Positions 30,144-41,052 of a stretch of 64,000 nucleotides of DNA are shown in pieces (within the stretch, counting starts at the first letter, position 1; each line of letters opens with the position of its first letter). The notes under the pieces were generated by a model. It was given only the letters and a program-made list of their open reading frames with translations. It ran no database searches and was not told the origin of the DNA. Both the position numbers and the translations under genes were made by a program. Origin of the DNA: an uncultured delta proteobacterium (GTDB lineage Bacteria > Desulfobacterota > Binatia > Binatales > Binataceae); contig CAWEEQ010000004.1 in NCBI GenBank assembly GCA_963808235.1, forward strand, positions 2,336,001-2,400,000. Reading direction: 5' to 3'.

Positions 30144-31004
30144 TCAAGCGGCGAGATCGCTCTTGCCGAGATCGGCGAACGTTGTCAGTTCGATCCGGTT
30201 GCGATCGATCGCCTCGCGCACCCGCGGACTGGTAAGAATCTCCACTTCGAGCTGCGCTTCGGCTCCAGGAGGGACCCCGCCGATGTCGGACGCCGGATGA
30301 AAATACAACTCGGTGGTGCCGTCGCGAAGCCGATCGATCACGCCCACGATATAATCTTCTCCAAGATGCCCGCTCTGATGAAGTCCGAACAGCGCGTCGG
30401 TCGAGCGGAGCCCGCGCTCGGCCATCATCCGGCGCGTCCGCCGCGACAGGGTGCGGAAAATAGCCGACTCGACCAGCTTGCGGGTGGGGTGATCGCGCCG
30501 GAGCCGGAGCGTGGTCATGACGCGCTCGCGCGGCAGACGAATGCATGGAACTTTGTATTCGACCGCAAGGTCGATCAGAATGTCGGCGAACAATGGATGC
30601 ACGTGAAAATTAAGATGGCCGTCGATATGGTTGAGATAGCCGATCAGCTCCAGATGCCGTTCGACCTGCGCGCGGAGTTCGTCCGTCATTTTCGCGCGCA
30701 TCGATCGATCGAAGAAATAACGCATCCCCGCCAGGACCGGATTCTCGATGAACTGTCCCGACGCTGTGACCGCACCGTGAAGCTGCGCCGCGTCGAGCAC
30801 GCTTCGCCCCTTGCAGACCACCGCATGCAGTCCGACGTCGAGCGCGGGATTCTGCGCCGCCAGTTCAGCTGCCGGTTTGGCCGACTGCTCGGCGACCATC
30901 AGGCTCGCGCCGCCCAATATTCCGTCGCGATGCGCGCGGATGATGCCGGCGTTGACCTCGGGCGACAAGCCGAAGTCGTCGGCGCTGACGATCAATCGCT
31001 TCAA
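30144..31004 (-). CDS. hpnK: Hopanoid-associated ChbG/YdjC-type deacetylase
   Basis: ADDFG, VGLH, AGMRYFF, HIDGHLNFHVHP, LPRE and ELYFHP motifs; adjacent to the hpn cluster. Confidence 0.8.
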   Translation of the reverse strand: MKRLIVSADDFGLSPEVNAGIIRAHRDGILGGASLMVAEQSAKPAAELAAQNPALDVGLHAVVCKGRSVLDAAQLHGAVTASGQFIENPVLAGMRYFFDRSMRAKMTDELRAQVERHLELIGYLNHIDGHLNFHVHPLFADILIDLAVEYKVPCIRLPRERVMTTLRLRRDHPTRKLVESAIFRTLSRRTRRMMAERGLRSTDALFGLHQSGHLGEDYIVGVIDRLRDGTTELYFHPASDIGGVPPGAEAQLEVEILTSPRVREAIDRNRIELTTFADLGKSDLAA

Positions 31005-31140
31005 CCGAACTACTCCGCTATGCCAGCGGTTGGCGCGCGGAACGGCTTTGACCTGCTGAAGAGCACGGTAGCAATTTTGCTAGCATAAGCGGGTTCGCTC
31101 AAGCGCTCGAAGGAAATAACTCCGCGATGAGACCACGCGA

Positions 31141-31935
31141 TTGATTCTTGTCTTTTACGCATTCGCACGTGAAGTCGGCAGCTTCAAACGCCGCGCTATC
31201 AATCCAACGCCGCTGGCTCATGAAGGCCTGCGCGGCTTTCATGCGATGGTCGGCGGCAAAACATTCTCGGTCATCGGACATGGAATCGGGACTCGTCGAG
31301 CGGCGGAGACCGCGCGGCGCGCGTTCGATTTGATGCCCGGCGCGGAATTGGTGATCGGTACCGGCGTCGCGGGCGCGCTGTCGAGTGAGCTCAAGCCGGG
31401 CGATCTGATTCTTGCGGACCAGAATCTTCGCGAGCCGCGCTGAAGATGAAGCCGCTGAGCAGGTAGCCGAGATTGACGGCGCGCAACTCGATGCGATTGG
31501 CCGATCGCTGTCCGCGGCCGGGAGTCAAATACTCGACCGGCGCGATCCTGACCACCGATCGCGTGCTTACGGTTGCCGAAAAGCACAGCGCGAAGGAGGA
31601 GACTGGCGCGATCGCGGTGGACATGGAATCCGCCGCGATCGCTCTGGAAGCGGCCGCGCGCGGACTTCCCTTCGTCGTGCTGAGAGCGGTGCTCGACGAA
31701 GTCGATGACGAAGTTGCCGGCGCCGACGCGATGGCCGACGAGAATGGGCAACGTCAAACCGCTCGCCGCGACGGCATACCTGATGCGCAATCCCGGGAGC
31801 GTGCTGAGACTTCCGCGGATGATTCGCAATCTCTCTTTGGCGGCCACCGCGATCGCCGACGCGCTCGAGGCGATCGCCTACGAAGGAAAAATTCCGGTCA
31901 GGAATTCCGTGGCGGCGAAAAAGCTCCGGCGCTGA
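31141..31935 (+). CDS. hpnG: Nucleoside phosphorylase family protein, HpnG-like (several apparent frameshifts)
   Basis: GIG, GVAGAL..LKPGD and GAIAVDMESAA..LRAVLD motifs over three fragments; hopanoid context. Confidence 0.65.
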
Positions 31936-32686
31936 AACCTCCGTCGATCGGCACCGCCACTCCGGTGATAAATCCAGCCTCGTCTGACGCGAGGAATGCC
32001 GCCAGCGCCGCGACCTCTTCGGGTTTGCCGTTGCGTCCGAGCGGATGCATGTTGCCGGTACGCTCCCAGACCATCGACGATGCGCCGGCCGGCACGGTGT
32101 TGCAGTTCTCGGCGATCGGCGTCTCGATAACGCCCGGGCATATCGAGACGCATCGAATCTTGCTGCGCGCGAAGTCGAGCGCGATTCCTTTCGACATGAT
32201 CACGACGCCGCCTTTCGCGGCCTGGTAGGCGCCGAGATTCGGCACGCCTTCGATTCCGGCCCCGCTGGCGGTGTTGATAATCACGCCGCCGCCCTGCTTT
32301 TCCATTTGCGGGATCGCGTACTTGCAGCCGAGAAATACGCCCTTCAGGCACACGTCGACGACCCAGTCCCATTCCTCTTCGCTGGTGTTGACGACATTTT
32401 TAGGAACGAAAACGCCGGCGTTGTTGAACAGGATATCGAGCCGTCCGAAGGCGCGGACGGTTTCATTGACCATGCGCTCGACCTGCGCGGCGACGCGCAC
32501 GTCGACTGCGATCGATTTTGCGATCCCGCCGGCCTTCTCAATTTCAGCGGCGCTGTTGCTGGCCGATTCCGCGCGCACGTCAGCGACCATCACCTTCGCG
32601 CCTTCTTGCGCAAAGCGAATCGCGCTCGCGCGCCCGATTCCCGAGCCAGCGCCGGTTATCAATGCGACTTTATCTTTGAGCAACAT
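31898..32686 (-). CDS. SDR family oxidoreductase (last gene of the hpn operon)
   Basis: TGAGSGIG, NNAG, YQAAK and CPGVIET motifs; start overlaps the upstream gene. Confidence 0.88.
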   Translation of the reverse strand: MLLKDKVALITGAGSGIGRASAIRFAQEGAKVMVADVRAESASNSAAEIEKAGGIAKSIAVDVRVAAQVERMVNETVRAFGRLDILFNNAGVFVPKNVVNTSEEEWDWVVDVCLKGVFLGCKYAIPQMEKQGGGVIINTASGAGIEGVPNLGAYQAAKGGVVIMSKGIALDFARSKIRCVSICPGVIETPIAENCNTVPAGASSMVWERTGNMHPLGRNGKPEEVAALAAFLASDEAGFITGVAVPIDGGFSAGAFSPPRNS

Positions 32687-33605
32687 CGTAATGCTCCTTT
32701 TCGATCTTGTCGAAGACCGATGACCGACTATCGGCGGAAATGCGCTGGGCTGTCCAGACCGGCAGATCGCGTTCGTACGGGAAGTCGGCGAGATGGCGCT
32801 CGATCGCTGCCTCGTCACCATAACAATCGCGCCGGGTCAGAATATGAATCGCGAACGCAGCGAAAGGCAGGTAGATGAACACGCTCGCCCATCCGATATT
32901 CGACGCGCCGATTCGGAACAACATCGTGATTCCGAAAATTACGATGCCCGAATAGAGCGCCGGCCCGAGCAACGCGCGCGAAGGCATCGCAGGAATCGAG
33001 CCGGCGGGTTTGCCCGCGCCGCGATTTAGAGCCGCGTCGAGCAACTGGAAAATCGCGATCGAGATCGCCGCGACGAAGAACCATCCCAGGTAGTTGCTGA
33101 TCGGCACTCCGAAATGCGGCCCGGGCGGGTCGTACCAGAAAATCTTGCCGAGGAACCACCGGTCGCCGAGCACACTCAAGGGATCGACGACCATGTCGAT
33201 CATGACCATGAACAACGCGGCCATCAGCCATACTCGCGGGGCGCGACGAAGTTTCCAGGTATCGAGGATTCGCAAATCGGCGCCGCGGCGGTAGAGCGGC
33301 GAACTCAACAGCATCGCGACCGTGTAGCTGGCGAAGCCGAGAAATGTGAAGGAGAGCGAATCCATGAACGGGACGCCGAACACCCAGATCTCACGGCCGC
33401 GAGTCGCCTCGACATAATGATAAAGCCCGAATGGGAATCCGTTGTGGACCGACGACCATTCGCAAGCGAGCGACACGACGTAGGTCAGCAGCGTAAAAAG
33501 AATCGTCGTGCGAAATCCGAAATTGACGATCGCAATAAACAGGAAGCTCGCCAGAAAAATAAACACATACGGGCGCAGTGCGATCGTGGAGAGGAGCAGA
33601 TGCAT
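32670..33605 (-). CDS. CruF-like carotenoid biosynthesis membrane protein (1,2-hydratase family)
   Basis: E....GFPFG.Y.Y, GVP, D..VDP and FGVPISNYLGW motifs; multiple transmembrane helices. Confidence 0.78.
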   Translation of the reverse strand: MHLLLSTIALRPYVFIFLASFLFIAIVNFGFRTTILFTLLTYVVSLACEWSSVHNGFPFGLYHYVEATRGREIWVFGVPFMDSLSFTFLGFASYTVAMLLSSPLYRRGADLRILDTWKLRRAPRVWLMAALFMVMIDMVVDPLSVLGDRWFLGKIFWYDPPGPHFGVPISNYLGWFFVAAISIAIFQLLDAALNRGAGKPAGSIPAMPSRALLGPALYSGIVIFGITMLFRIGASNIGWASVFIYLPFAAFAIHILTRRDCYGDEAAIERHLADFPYERDLPVWTAQRISADSRSSVFDKIEKEHYDVAQR

Positions 33606-33618
33606 CGCGGATGCCTGC

Positions 33619-34623
33619 CTACGCGGCGCTCTTCGCGGCGCCGTGCGATCGGAAGAACTCGATCGCGGCGGTCAGCGCCGAGTCGATCGGACCCGGCGAA
33701 TAGCCGAGCTCGGCGCGCGCCTTCGACGAGTCGAAGAACATCCGCTTTCGCGACATCCGCACTTCGGTCAGGCTGGCGCGCGGGGCTCGACGCGTGACGG
33801 TGCGCGCAAGCGCTTCGGCGCCGAGTGCGAATCCGAACGCTACGGCATAGGGAATCCTCATTTTCGGACCGGGCAGTCCCGAAATCGCGGCGAGCCGCTC
33901 CAGGAATTCCTTGAGAGTCAGGTTCTCTCCGCCAAGAATATATTTCTCGCCGACTCGGCCGCGCTCCGCCGCCAGCAGATGGCCGCGCGCAACGTCTTCG
34001 ACATCGACGATATTAAGCCCCGTCTCGACATAAGCGGGCATCCGCCGATTAAGAAAATCCACGATTATTCTTCCCGTCGGCGTCGGCTTAAAGTCGAGCG
34101 CGCCGATCGGCGTAGAGGGATTCACGATTACCACCGGCGCACCCGCGCGCGCGGCTTCGAGCGCCGCCTGCTCCGCCATGTATTTCGAGCGCTTGTAATG
34201 GCCCGTCATCGCGGCGAGCGACGAGGGGGTGTCTTCGCGCCCAACTCCATCGTGCGGAATCCCAAGCGCTCCCACGGTGCTGGTATGAACGATACGCGAC
34301 ACCCCCGCGGCAACTGCGGCGCGGATGACATACCGGGTGCCCTCGAGGTTGGTCGCGTACATCGGCGCGGGATCGGTGAGCCACAGCCGGTAGTCGGCGG
34401 CGACGTGATAAACCTGGTCGCATCCGGCGACCGCGCGCTCGACCGATTGGAAGTGCCGGAGATCGCCGCGCATGATCTCGACGGAGAGGCCGGCGAGCGC
34501 GCTCAAATCCGCGCTCTCGCGGACCAGGACGCGGACCCGATCGCCGCGCGCAAGGAGAGCGCGCACCACGTGGCATCCGACGAATCCGTTTCCGCCCGTG
34601 ACCAGAGCCAACTTGGTCGCCAT
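33619..34623 (-). CDS. hpnA: Hopanoid-associated NAD-dependent epimerase/dehydratase
   Basis: TGGNGFVG, HVAADYRLW, YKRSK and VNPSTPIG..D.KPTPTG motifs. Confidence 0.9.
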   Translation of the reverse strand: MATKLALVTGGNGFVGCHVVRALLARGDRVRVLVRESADLSALAGLSVEIMRGDLRHFQSVERAVAGCDQVYHVAADYRLWLTDPAPMYATNLEGTRYVIRAAVAAGVSRIVHTSTVGALGIPHDGVGREDTPSSLAAMTGHYKRSKYMAEQAALEAARAGAPVVIVNPSTPIGALDFKPTPTGRIIVDFLNRRMPAYVETGLNIVDVEDVARGHLLAAERGRVGEKYILGGENLTLKEFLERLAAISGLPGPKMRIPYAVAFGFALGAEALARTVTRRAPRASLTEVRMSRKRMFFDSSKARAELGYSPGPIDSALTAAIEFFRSHGAAKSAA

Positions 34624-34627
34624 CAGA

Positions 34628-36013
34628 TTAGATTTGCGCGCCGGCGCGCGCGATGACCGCTGCGGCGGCGGCCCGGCCGGAAATTACGGCGCTCTCGATA
34701 GTCGCCGGGAGGCCGGTCTGTATCCAGTCGCCGGCAAGGAAAAAATTCGGAATTGGAGTCTTCGCGGCCGGCCGCAATTCGTGCGAGCGCAAATCCGGCG
34801 CCATGGTCGCGTTTTTCTCTTTGAGTACGATCGACTTGACGACCTTCGCATCGCGCGACTCCGGGATCATCGCATGCAGATCGTTCAGCACGATCTCCAG
34901 GAGCTCATCGCTGCCGCGCTCGACCAGGCTTCGCGCCCCGCTGATCACGAAACTCATGTAGCCCGGATGCGTCTCGCCGCGCTGGGTGAAAATCCGCCGC
35001 TTGTTGAATAGCCACTGAGTAGTCGTGCCGATAAAGCCGACGAACGGACGATTAGTCACTTCGCGATCGAGCCAGATATGCACGCAGATGATCGGCGAGC
35101 TGGTAAGACCTGTCAGCCGCGCGAAGAAAGGATCGGCGATCGCATTTTCAGGAATGAAGCGGAGCAACTGCGGCGCCGGAACCGCGGAGATAAAATTTGC
35201 GGCTTCGATCCTGCGCCCGTCGCGCAAGCGGACGCTCGCAACGACTCCGCCCGGCCCAAGCTCGAGCATCTCGACTATCGAGTGCGACTCAACCGCGCCG
35301 CCCGCGCGCTCGACAAGCCGCTTCGAGCCGGTGCAGTACAGCTCGGTAAGCCCGACCCGCGAATAGACGAATGCCGAATCGCGCCGGCGTGAGAAAAACG
35401 CGCGCTTCAAAACTTCGGCCAGCAACTCGGCTGACGACGAACCCGGCTCGTCGTTCAAAGTCGCGATCGACATCGGATACCAGAAACATTGCCGCGCCCA
35501 TTGCGATTGCCCGAGACGATCCATGAGCTGGGTCACGGTCAGGCGGCGCAGTTCGCCATCGCCGAGCCGGCGCATCGCAAGCATTCGGAGTCCCCCGCGC
35601 ATCACGCCGATTCGATCCGCGATGCTCAGATGCCGGTAGCCGAGCAACGCGCCGGTCATGTGCAGCGGACCAGGAAGCCGCACGGTTTTGAGCAGCGCGC
35701 TTCGTCCCGGTCCGGCGAGCATTTCGATTTCCAGGTTCTCGTGAAATACAAGTTCATCGCTCGCGCCGATTCGATCGAGGAAGTCGAGCGTCTGGGCGTA
35801 GCATCCCATCAGCACATGTTGTCCGTTGTCGACGAAGTCGCCGGTGTCGAGATCGGCAAACGAGTACGCGCGACCGCCGAGTGCGGGTTTGCCCTCGAGC
35901 ACCGTGACCCGGAATCCTTTTTCCGCCAGCGCGACGGCCGCGCTGAGTCCAGCAAAGCCCGCGCCGATCACAACCGCGTGGCTGGACGGCGCCGCATGAC
36001 TAGCAACCGCCAT
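34628..36013 (-). CDS. hpnE: Hydroxysqualene dehydroxylase
   Basis: GAGFAGLSAA, GGRAYSF, DNGQHVLMGCY and LAGDW..TGLPATIESAV motifs. Confidence 0.92.
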   Translation of the reverse strand: MAVASHAAPSSHAVVIGAGFAGLSAAVALAEKGFRVTVLEGKPALGGRAYSFADLDTGDFVDNGQHVLMGCYAQTLDFLDRIGASDELVFHENLEIEMLAGPGRSALLKTVRLPGPLHMTGALLGYRHLSIADRIGVMRGGLRMLAMRRLGDGELRRLTVTQLMDRLGQSQWARQCFWYPMSIATLNDEPGSSSAELLAEVLKRAFFSRRRDSAFVYSRVGLTELYCTGSKRLVERAGGAVESHSIVEMLELGPGGVVASVRLRDGRRIEAANFISAVPAPQLLRFIPENAIADPFFARLTGLTSSPIICVHIWLDREVTNRPFVGFIGTTTQWLFNKRRIFTQRGETHPGYMSFVISGARSLVERGSDELLEIVLNDLHAMIPESRDAKVVKSIVLKEKNATMAPDLRSHELRPAAKTPIPNFFLAGDWIQTGLPATIESAVISGRAAAAAVIARAGAQI

Positions 36014-36018
36014 TTCGA

Positions 36019-36944
36019 TCAACCGCGCAGCGCGCCGAATCGTCCCGTCGCCCAGGCGCGTCCGACCAGGTAGAGCTTGTGCGGAGCGGAGAGCCGGTGA
36101 CGCCGGTCGAGCACCCGATAGTTTGACTTGATAATCCGTTCAAGCAACGCGGCGTAAATAAGGCGCATCGCCTCGGCCGTCAGCAGCGTCGATCGATCTT
36201 CCGCAGCGAGCGCCGATTTGAGCGGCCGCGTACAGTTCCCGCGCGCGTTTCGCTTCGAAGTCCATCAGCGCGACGAAGTTTGCCGAGTACACGCCGCCCA
36301 GGATTTCATCTTCGCTGACGTTGAATCGCGCGAGGTCTTCCAGCGGAAGATAAATCCGCCCGCGCTCCGCATCCTCGCGCACATCGCGCAGAATATTGGT
36401 CAACTGAAGCGCGAGCCCAAGGTTCTCCGCGTACAGCTTGGCCGACGGATTGCGGTAGCCGAATATCTCGATGCAGATGAGGCCCAGCGCCGACGCGACG
36501 CGATAGCAGTACGGCCTCAGCTCTGCGAAAGTTTGATAGCGCTTGCGTCGAGAGATCCATCTCGACGCCCGCGATAATTTCCTCGAAGAGCTCGCGCGGA
36601 ATGTTGAATCGCCGCACGCTATCGGCGAGCGCGCGGGACAGCGCTCGCGTCGGCACGCCCGCATACACGCGGTGAAGTTCCTCGCGCCACCGCTTGAGCA
36701 GGCGCGCCGGCTCGCCAATCGATTCGTCGTCGGCGATATCATCTATGAATCGGCAGAACGCATACACCGCGTAGAGCGCGCGGCGGCGGTCGGGCGGCAG
36801 CAGAACGAACGCATAGTAAAAGCTCGACCTCGATCGTCGCGTGATTTGCGCGCAGCGTTCGTAATCCGCGTCGAGCGAGGCGTCGTTGCGAAGAGCGCTC
36901 GCCTCGTTAGCAATCACGTTGCTATCAGGCTTCAAGGCGTCCAC
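36019..36944 (-). CDS. hpnD: Presqualene diphosphate synthase (frameshifts near 36548 and 36220)
   Basis: SSFYYAF, YAFCRFIDDIAD, YCYRVAS and LQLTNILRDVREDA.RGRIYLP motifs. Confidence 0.88.
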
Positions 36945-37804
36945 GAAGTGCGTTCCATCCGAGTTTCAGGTAGTCCACCTTGCCGAGCTTCGGCCGCCTC
37001 CAGAATACATCGTATTGAATCCGATCGATCGCACGCAGTATCGCGAGTCCGCCGCCGGCGAACATCAGGAGGTCGCGGCTGAGGCGCTTGTCGACCCGCC
37101 GGTAGAGTTCGCCGCCTTCAATCAGCATCGTGCGCGCGACTCCGACTTCGTGCCCCATCAATTCCAGGAACCCGCGCGATGACGTGTGCGCCGCGAGATC
37201 GGCAGCCGTGACTCCGAAGCGTTCCATGTCGCGGCGCGGCAGATAGATTCGTCCCTTGTCAAGATCGACCGCGACATCCTGCCAGAAATTCGCGAGCTGC
37301 AGGCCGCTGCAAATCAGATCCGACAGATGCTGCCGCTCAGCATCGCGATAACCGAAAAGATAGAGCACCAACCGACCGACCGGGTTCGCCGAATGGCGCG
37401 AGTAGCCGAGCAGGTCGTCGAGCGTTTCGAAACCCTTGAAATCGACGTCGGAGCGAAACGCCGTGAGCAGATCCTTGAACGGCTCGCGGGGAATGTCGAA
37501 TCGACGGACGGTGTCTGCGAGCGCGATGAACACCGGATGACGCGGCTTACCTGCGTACGCGCCTTCGAGTTCGCGCTCCCAATTGATCCAGCATCGCGAG
37601 GTCGTGATGCTCATCGGCAAAGTCGTCGGCCATTCGAGCGTACGCATATATCGCGTACATGTGCGGGCGCATCTCGCGCCGCATCAGCCACGACGCGATC
37701 GTGAAATTTTCATAGTGCGATTTCGCAAGCCGCGCGCAGAATTCGTATGACGCAGCGAGGTCGTAGCTCCCCGCGGGCGGCGCCGCCGTGGGCACCGTGT
37801 TCAC
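36925..37804 (-). CDS. hpnC: Hydroxysqualene synthase (frameshift near 37585)
   Basis: HYENFTIAS, YAYARMADDFADE, SANPVGRLVL and LQLANFWQDV motifs. Confidence 0.88.
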
Positions 37805-37856
37805 CGCGTAGCCGGTCGCATCGTTTCGCAGATGAGCGCGCGCACTCTGCATCGGA

Positions 37857-39026
37857 TCAGGCCGCCGCCGGTCTTGCGCCGACCAGTTCGCGCGCGGCCG
37901 CGCGTGCCCACCCATCGGTCTCGAGCAAATCTTCGATCGTTCGGGCCGGTGAATTCGAATGTCGGCGCATGACGGCTTCGATATGCCGGGGAATATCGAC
38001 GAAGGGCACCCGTCCGGCCAGGAAGCTTGCCACCAGTTCCTCGTTGGCGGCGTTGAGGCACGCGGGCATCGTGTTACCCGCCGCGAGCGCCTCGTATGCC
38101 AGCCGGAGACACGGAAACCGCGAAAGATCCGGCTCTTCGAATGTGAGGCGTGAATTTTCCGCCAGCGAGAGCGGCTTCAGATGAGTCATCGGCAGCCGTT
38201 CCGGATACGCGAGCGCGTACGCAACCGGAATCGCCATGTCGGGAATCGCCATCTCGGCAATCACGGAGCCGTCGATCATCTCGACCATCGAGTGAATCAC
38301 GCTCTGCGGATGAATCACCACCGAAACTTCCGCCGCCGTCAGATCGAACAGCCATCTCGCCTCGATCACTTCCAGTCCCTTGTTCATCAGGGTCGCCGAA
38401 TCGATCGTGATCTTGCTGCCCATCTTCCAGGTCGGATGTTTCAGCGCCTGCTCGATTGTAATCGACGCGAAGCGTTCGGCGGGAAGTTCGCGAAATGGTC
38501 CACCCGACGCGGTCAGAATGATCCGCTTCAGCGATTCGCGTCCGCGCCCTTCGAGGCATTGAAAAATCGCGTTGTGCTCGCTGTCCACCGGCAGCAGGCG
38601 CACCTGATTCGAGCGCACTGCCGCCGTGATCAACTCGCCCGCGATCACCAGCACTTCCTTGTTGGCGAACGCGATGTCCTTGCCCGCGTTGATCGCGGCG
38701 AAGGTCGGACGCAGGCCCATCGCGCCCACCAGCGCCGACATCACCAGCCGCGCCTCAGGATGCGTCGCGACCGCCACCGCGCCTTCGAGACCGTGCACTA
38801 TCGTCACCCGCTCAGTGCGCAGCCGCGTCGCGAGTTCGCGCGCAAGCTCCGGCGTCGCGACCGAAACCAATTCGGGATGAAAGCCCTTCACCTGTTCGAC
38901 GAGCAGATCGAGATTGCTGCCTGCCGCGATCGCTACTACTCGGAAGCGATCGCTGAAACGCCCCACCACGTCGAGCGTGGTGACGCCGACCGATCCGGTC
39001 GAGCCGAGAATCGAAATCGCTTTCAT
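37857..39026 (-). CDS. dxr: 1-deoxy-D-xylulose 5-phosphate reductoisomerase
   Basis: LGSTGSVG, ANKE, PVDSEH, TASGGPF, HPTWKMG.KITIDSA and NKGLE motifs. Confidence 0.95.
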   Translation of the reverse strand: MKAISILGSTGSVGVTTLDVVGRFSDRFRVVAIAAGSNLDLLVEQVKGFHPELVSVATPELARELATRLRTERVTIVHGLEGAVAVATHPEARLVMSALVGAMGLRPTFAAINAGKDIAFANKEVLVIAGELITAAVRSNQVRLLPVDSEHNAIFQCLEGRGRESLKRIILTASGGPFRELPAERFASITIEQALKHPTWKMGSKITIDSATLMNKGLEVIEARWLFDLTAAEVSVVIHPQSVIHSMVEMIDGSVIAEMAIPDMAIPVAYALAYPERLPMTHLKPLSLAENSRLTFEEPDLSRFPCLRLAYEALAAGNTMPACLNAANEELVASFLAGRVPFVDIPRHIEAVMRRHSNSPARTIEDLLETDGWARAAARELVGARPAAA

Positions 39027-39036
39027 CGCATCGTGC

Positions 39037-40995
39037 TCATACGGACCCGTTCTCCATCACGCGCCGGCGGAAACGTCCCAGCGCCATCAACGGAAAATAG
39101 TGGGGATACAAATGGTAACGAAGATAAAAGTGATTCGGAAAGCCGTTGCCGGTCGATTCGGTCTCGTCCCAAGCGCCTTCATCGTTCTGCCGCTCTGAGA
39201 GCCACTGTGCGCCACGCGTCGCGTGATCGCTCAAGCCCGCTTCGCCCGCGAGCAATCCGATCAACGCCCACGCGGTTTGCGAGGCGGTGCTGGTTCCGCG
39301 CCCGTGCCACGCAGGATCGCGGTCCGAGAGCGGACTCTCGCCCCATCCGCCGTCGGGATTCTGCTTCGACTTGAGCCATTGCACTGAGCGCTTGATCCAC
39401 GGCTCGTTGATATCGACGCCGATCGCGCGCAGGCCGGAGAGCGCCGAGAAAGTGCCGTAGATGTAATTGATTCCCCAGCGTCCCCACCATCCGCCTTGAG
39501 CCGCCTGATTTTTCTTCAGCCACTCGATCGCACGTCGCGCGACCGGATGATCGGCGCGGTAACCGACCGACGCCATCATCTCGAGCACGCGTCCGGTCAA
39601 GTCGGGGCACGACGGATCCGTAACCGCTTCCACGTCTGCGAGCGGCACGTGATTGAGCCAGGTAGCATTGTTGTCGGCGTCGAACGCCGCGAAGCCGCCG
39701 TCTTTCGATTGCATCCCCATTACCCAATTTGCGCCGGCCCGAATCGAGCGTTCCTTGAGCGCCGGATCGCCGCCGCTCGAATCGGCAAGCACCGACAAAA
39801 TGACCGCCGAATCATCAACGTCGGGATACCAGTCATTGTAAAACTCGAACGCCCATCCGCCCGGTTCGAGATCCGGGCGCTTGATCGACCAATCCCCTTT
39901 TTTGAATATCTGGTGATCGAAAAACCACTGCGCAGTCTGCTTCAACGCCGGATGATCGCCCGGCAGATCGGAATCGAGCAGCGCCTTTCCGGCCAGAGCG
40001 GTGTCCCAGTTCACCGAGACGCACGGCATGTACATCGCGTAATCGGAAAAATTCCAGATCAGTTCCCGCGACGCCTCGATCGCCTTTTTCAGCACGGGAT
40101 GGTCGTTGCGATACCCGTTGGCTTTCAGAGCCATCGCGCTCAGCAAGTAGCACGGCTCGATTCCGCCCCACGATCCGTTGGCTTCCTGATGCTCGAGGAT
40201 CCAGTTTTCGACATAGCTTAGGCCGCGCGCGCGCAGAGACTTGAGCCGATGCCGATCGTAAAATCTTAGCCCTGTGTCGGCGACGTTGAACGCGTTGCGC
40301 AGCGAAAAAAACTTGGCGCCTTTCGGCTGCTTGAATTTTGTGAAATGCGGCGGCTCGATAAAGAGTTCCAGGACGCCGCGCTGATAGTCGATTTTTTTCT
40401 CCGGCCGCGCAGCCTGCAACAGCATCAGCGCCATCATCGTTCCGCGCGCCCACGAACCCAGCTCGTAAATGTTGAATGGAAACCAATTTGGGAACAGCGA
40501 GACTTCAACCGGCACCGCGGCGGTCGCGTCCCACGTAATCTGACCCATAGCAGCCAGGTAAAAACGTGCGAGCGTCCCGCAATTTACGATTCCGCCCTTG
40601 GAGAGAATCCACCGCCGCGCGGCTGCCATCGGCTCGTCGCCGGCCCGCATTCCGGTAAGCTTGAGCGCGAAGTAACTCTCGATCGAACTCGAAAGATAAC
40701 CCTCGCCGCCGCGATAAAGCGGCCAGCTTCCGTCCGAGCTTTGGGCGTCGAGCAGATGCTTCTTCAGGCGCGCTTCGAGTTCGAGATCGACCGTGTCCAT
40801 GAAGTGATTGAAGATGATGAACTCCGCGTTCATCTCCGCGTTCGCCTCGAGCGGCGCGTGCCAGTAGCCTTCGGGCTTTTGCAGTGCGATCAGCGCGCGC
40901 TGGGCGCGATCGATCGTGTAATCGATCTTGCCTGCGAACTCATCGCGCGGCGAAATCGCGATCGCCGAATTGCCGATTTCAATCGCCTGGGTCAT
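39037..40995 (-). CDS. shc: Squalene-hopene cyclase
   Basis: DVDD catalytic motif (YPDVDDSA), QW repeats, GRWGINYIYGT and GFP..FYLRYH. Confidence 0.95.
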   Translation of the reverse strand: MTQAIEIGNSAIAISPRDEFAGKIDYTIDRAQRALIALQKPEGYWHAPLEANAEMNAEFIIFNHFMDTVDLELEARLKKHLLDAQSSDGSWPLYRGGEGYLSSSIESYFALKLTGMRAGDEPMAAARRWILSKGGIVNCGTLARFYLAAMGQITWDATAAVPVEVSLFPNWFPFNIYELGSWARGTMMALMLLQAARPEKKIDYQRGVLELFIEPPHFTKFKQPKGAKFFSLRNAFNVADTGLRFYDRHRLKSLRARGLSYVENWILEHQEANGSWGGIEPCYLLSAMALKANGYRNDHPVLKKAIEASRELIWNFSDYAMYMPCVSVNWDTALAGKALLDSDLPGDHPALKQTAQWFFDHQIFKKGDWSIKRPDLEPGGWAFEFYNDWYPDVDDSAVILSVLADSSGGDPALKERSIRAGANWVMGMQSKDGGFAAFDADNNATWLNHVPLADVEAVTDPSCPDLTGRVLEMMASVGYRADHPVARRAIEWLKKNQAAQGGWWGRWGINYIYGTFSALSGLRAIGVDINEPWIKRSVQWLKSKQNPDGGWGESPLSDRDPAWHGRGTSTASQTAWALIGLLAGEAGLSDHATRGAQWLSERQNDEGAWDETESTGNGFPNHFYLRYHLYPHYFPLMALGRFRRRVMENGSV

Positions 40996-41052
40996 ATCTC
41001 ACCTGATCTCTACTTTCGGCTACGCGCCGTGTGCGAAATAATCGCGGCCGTT

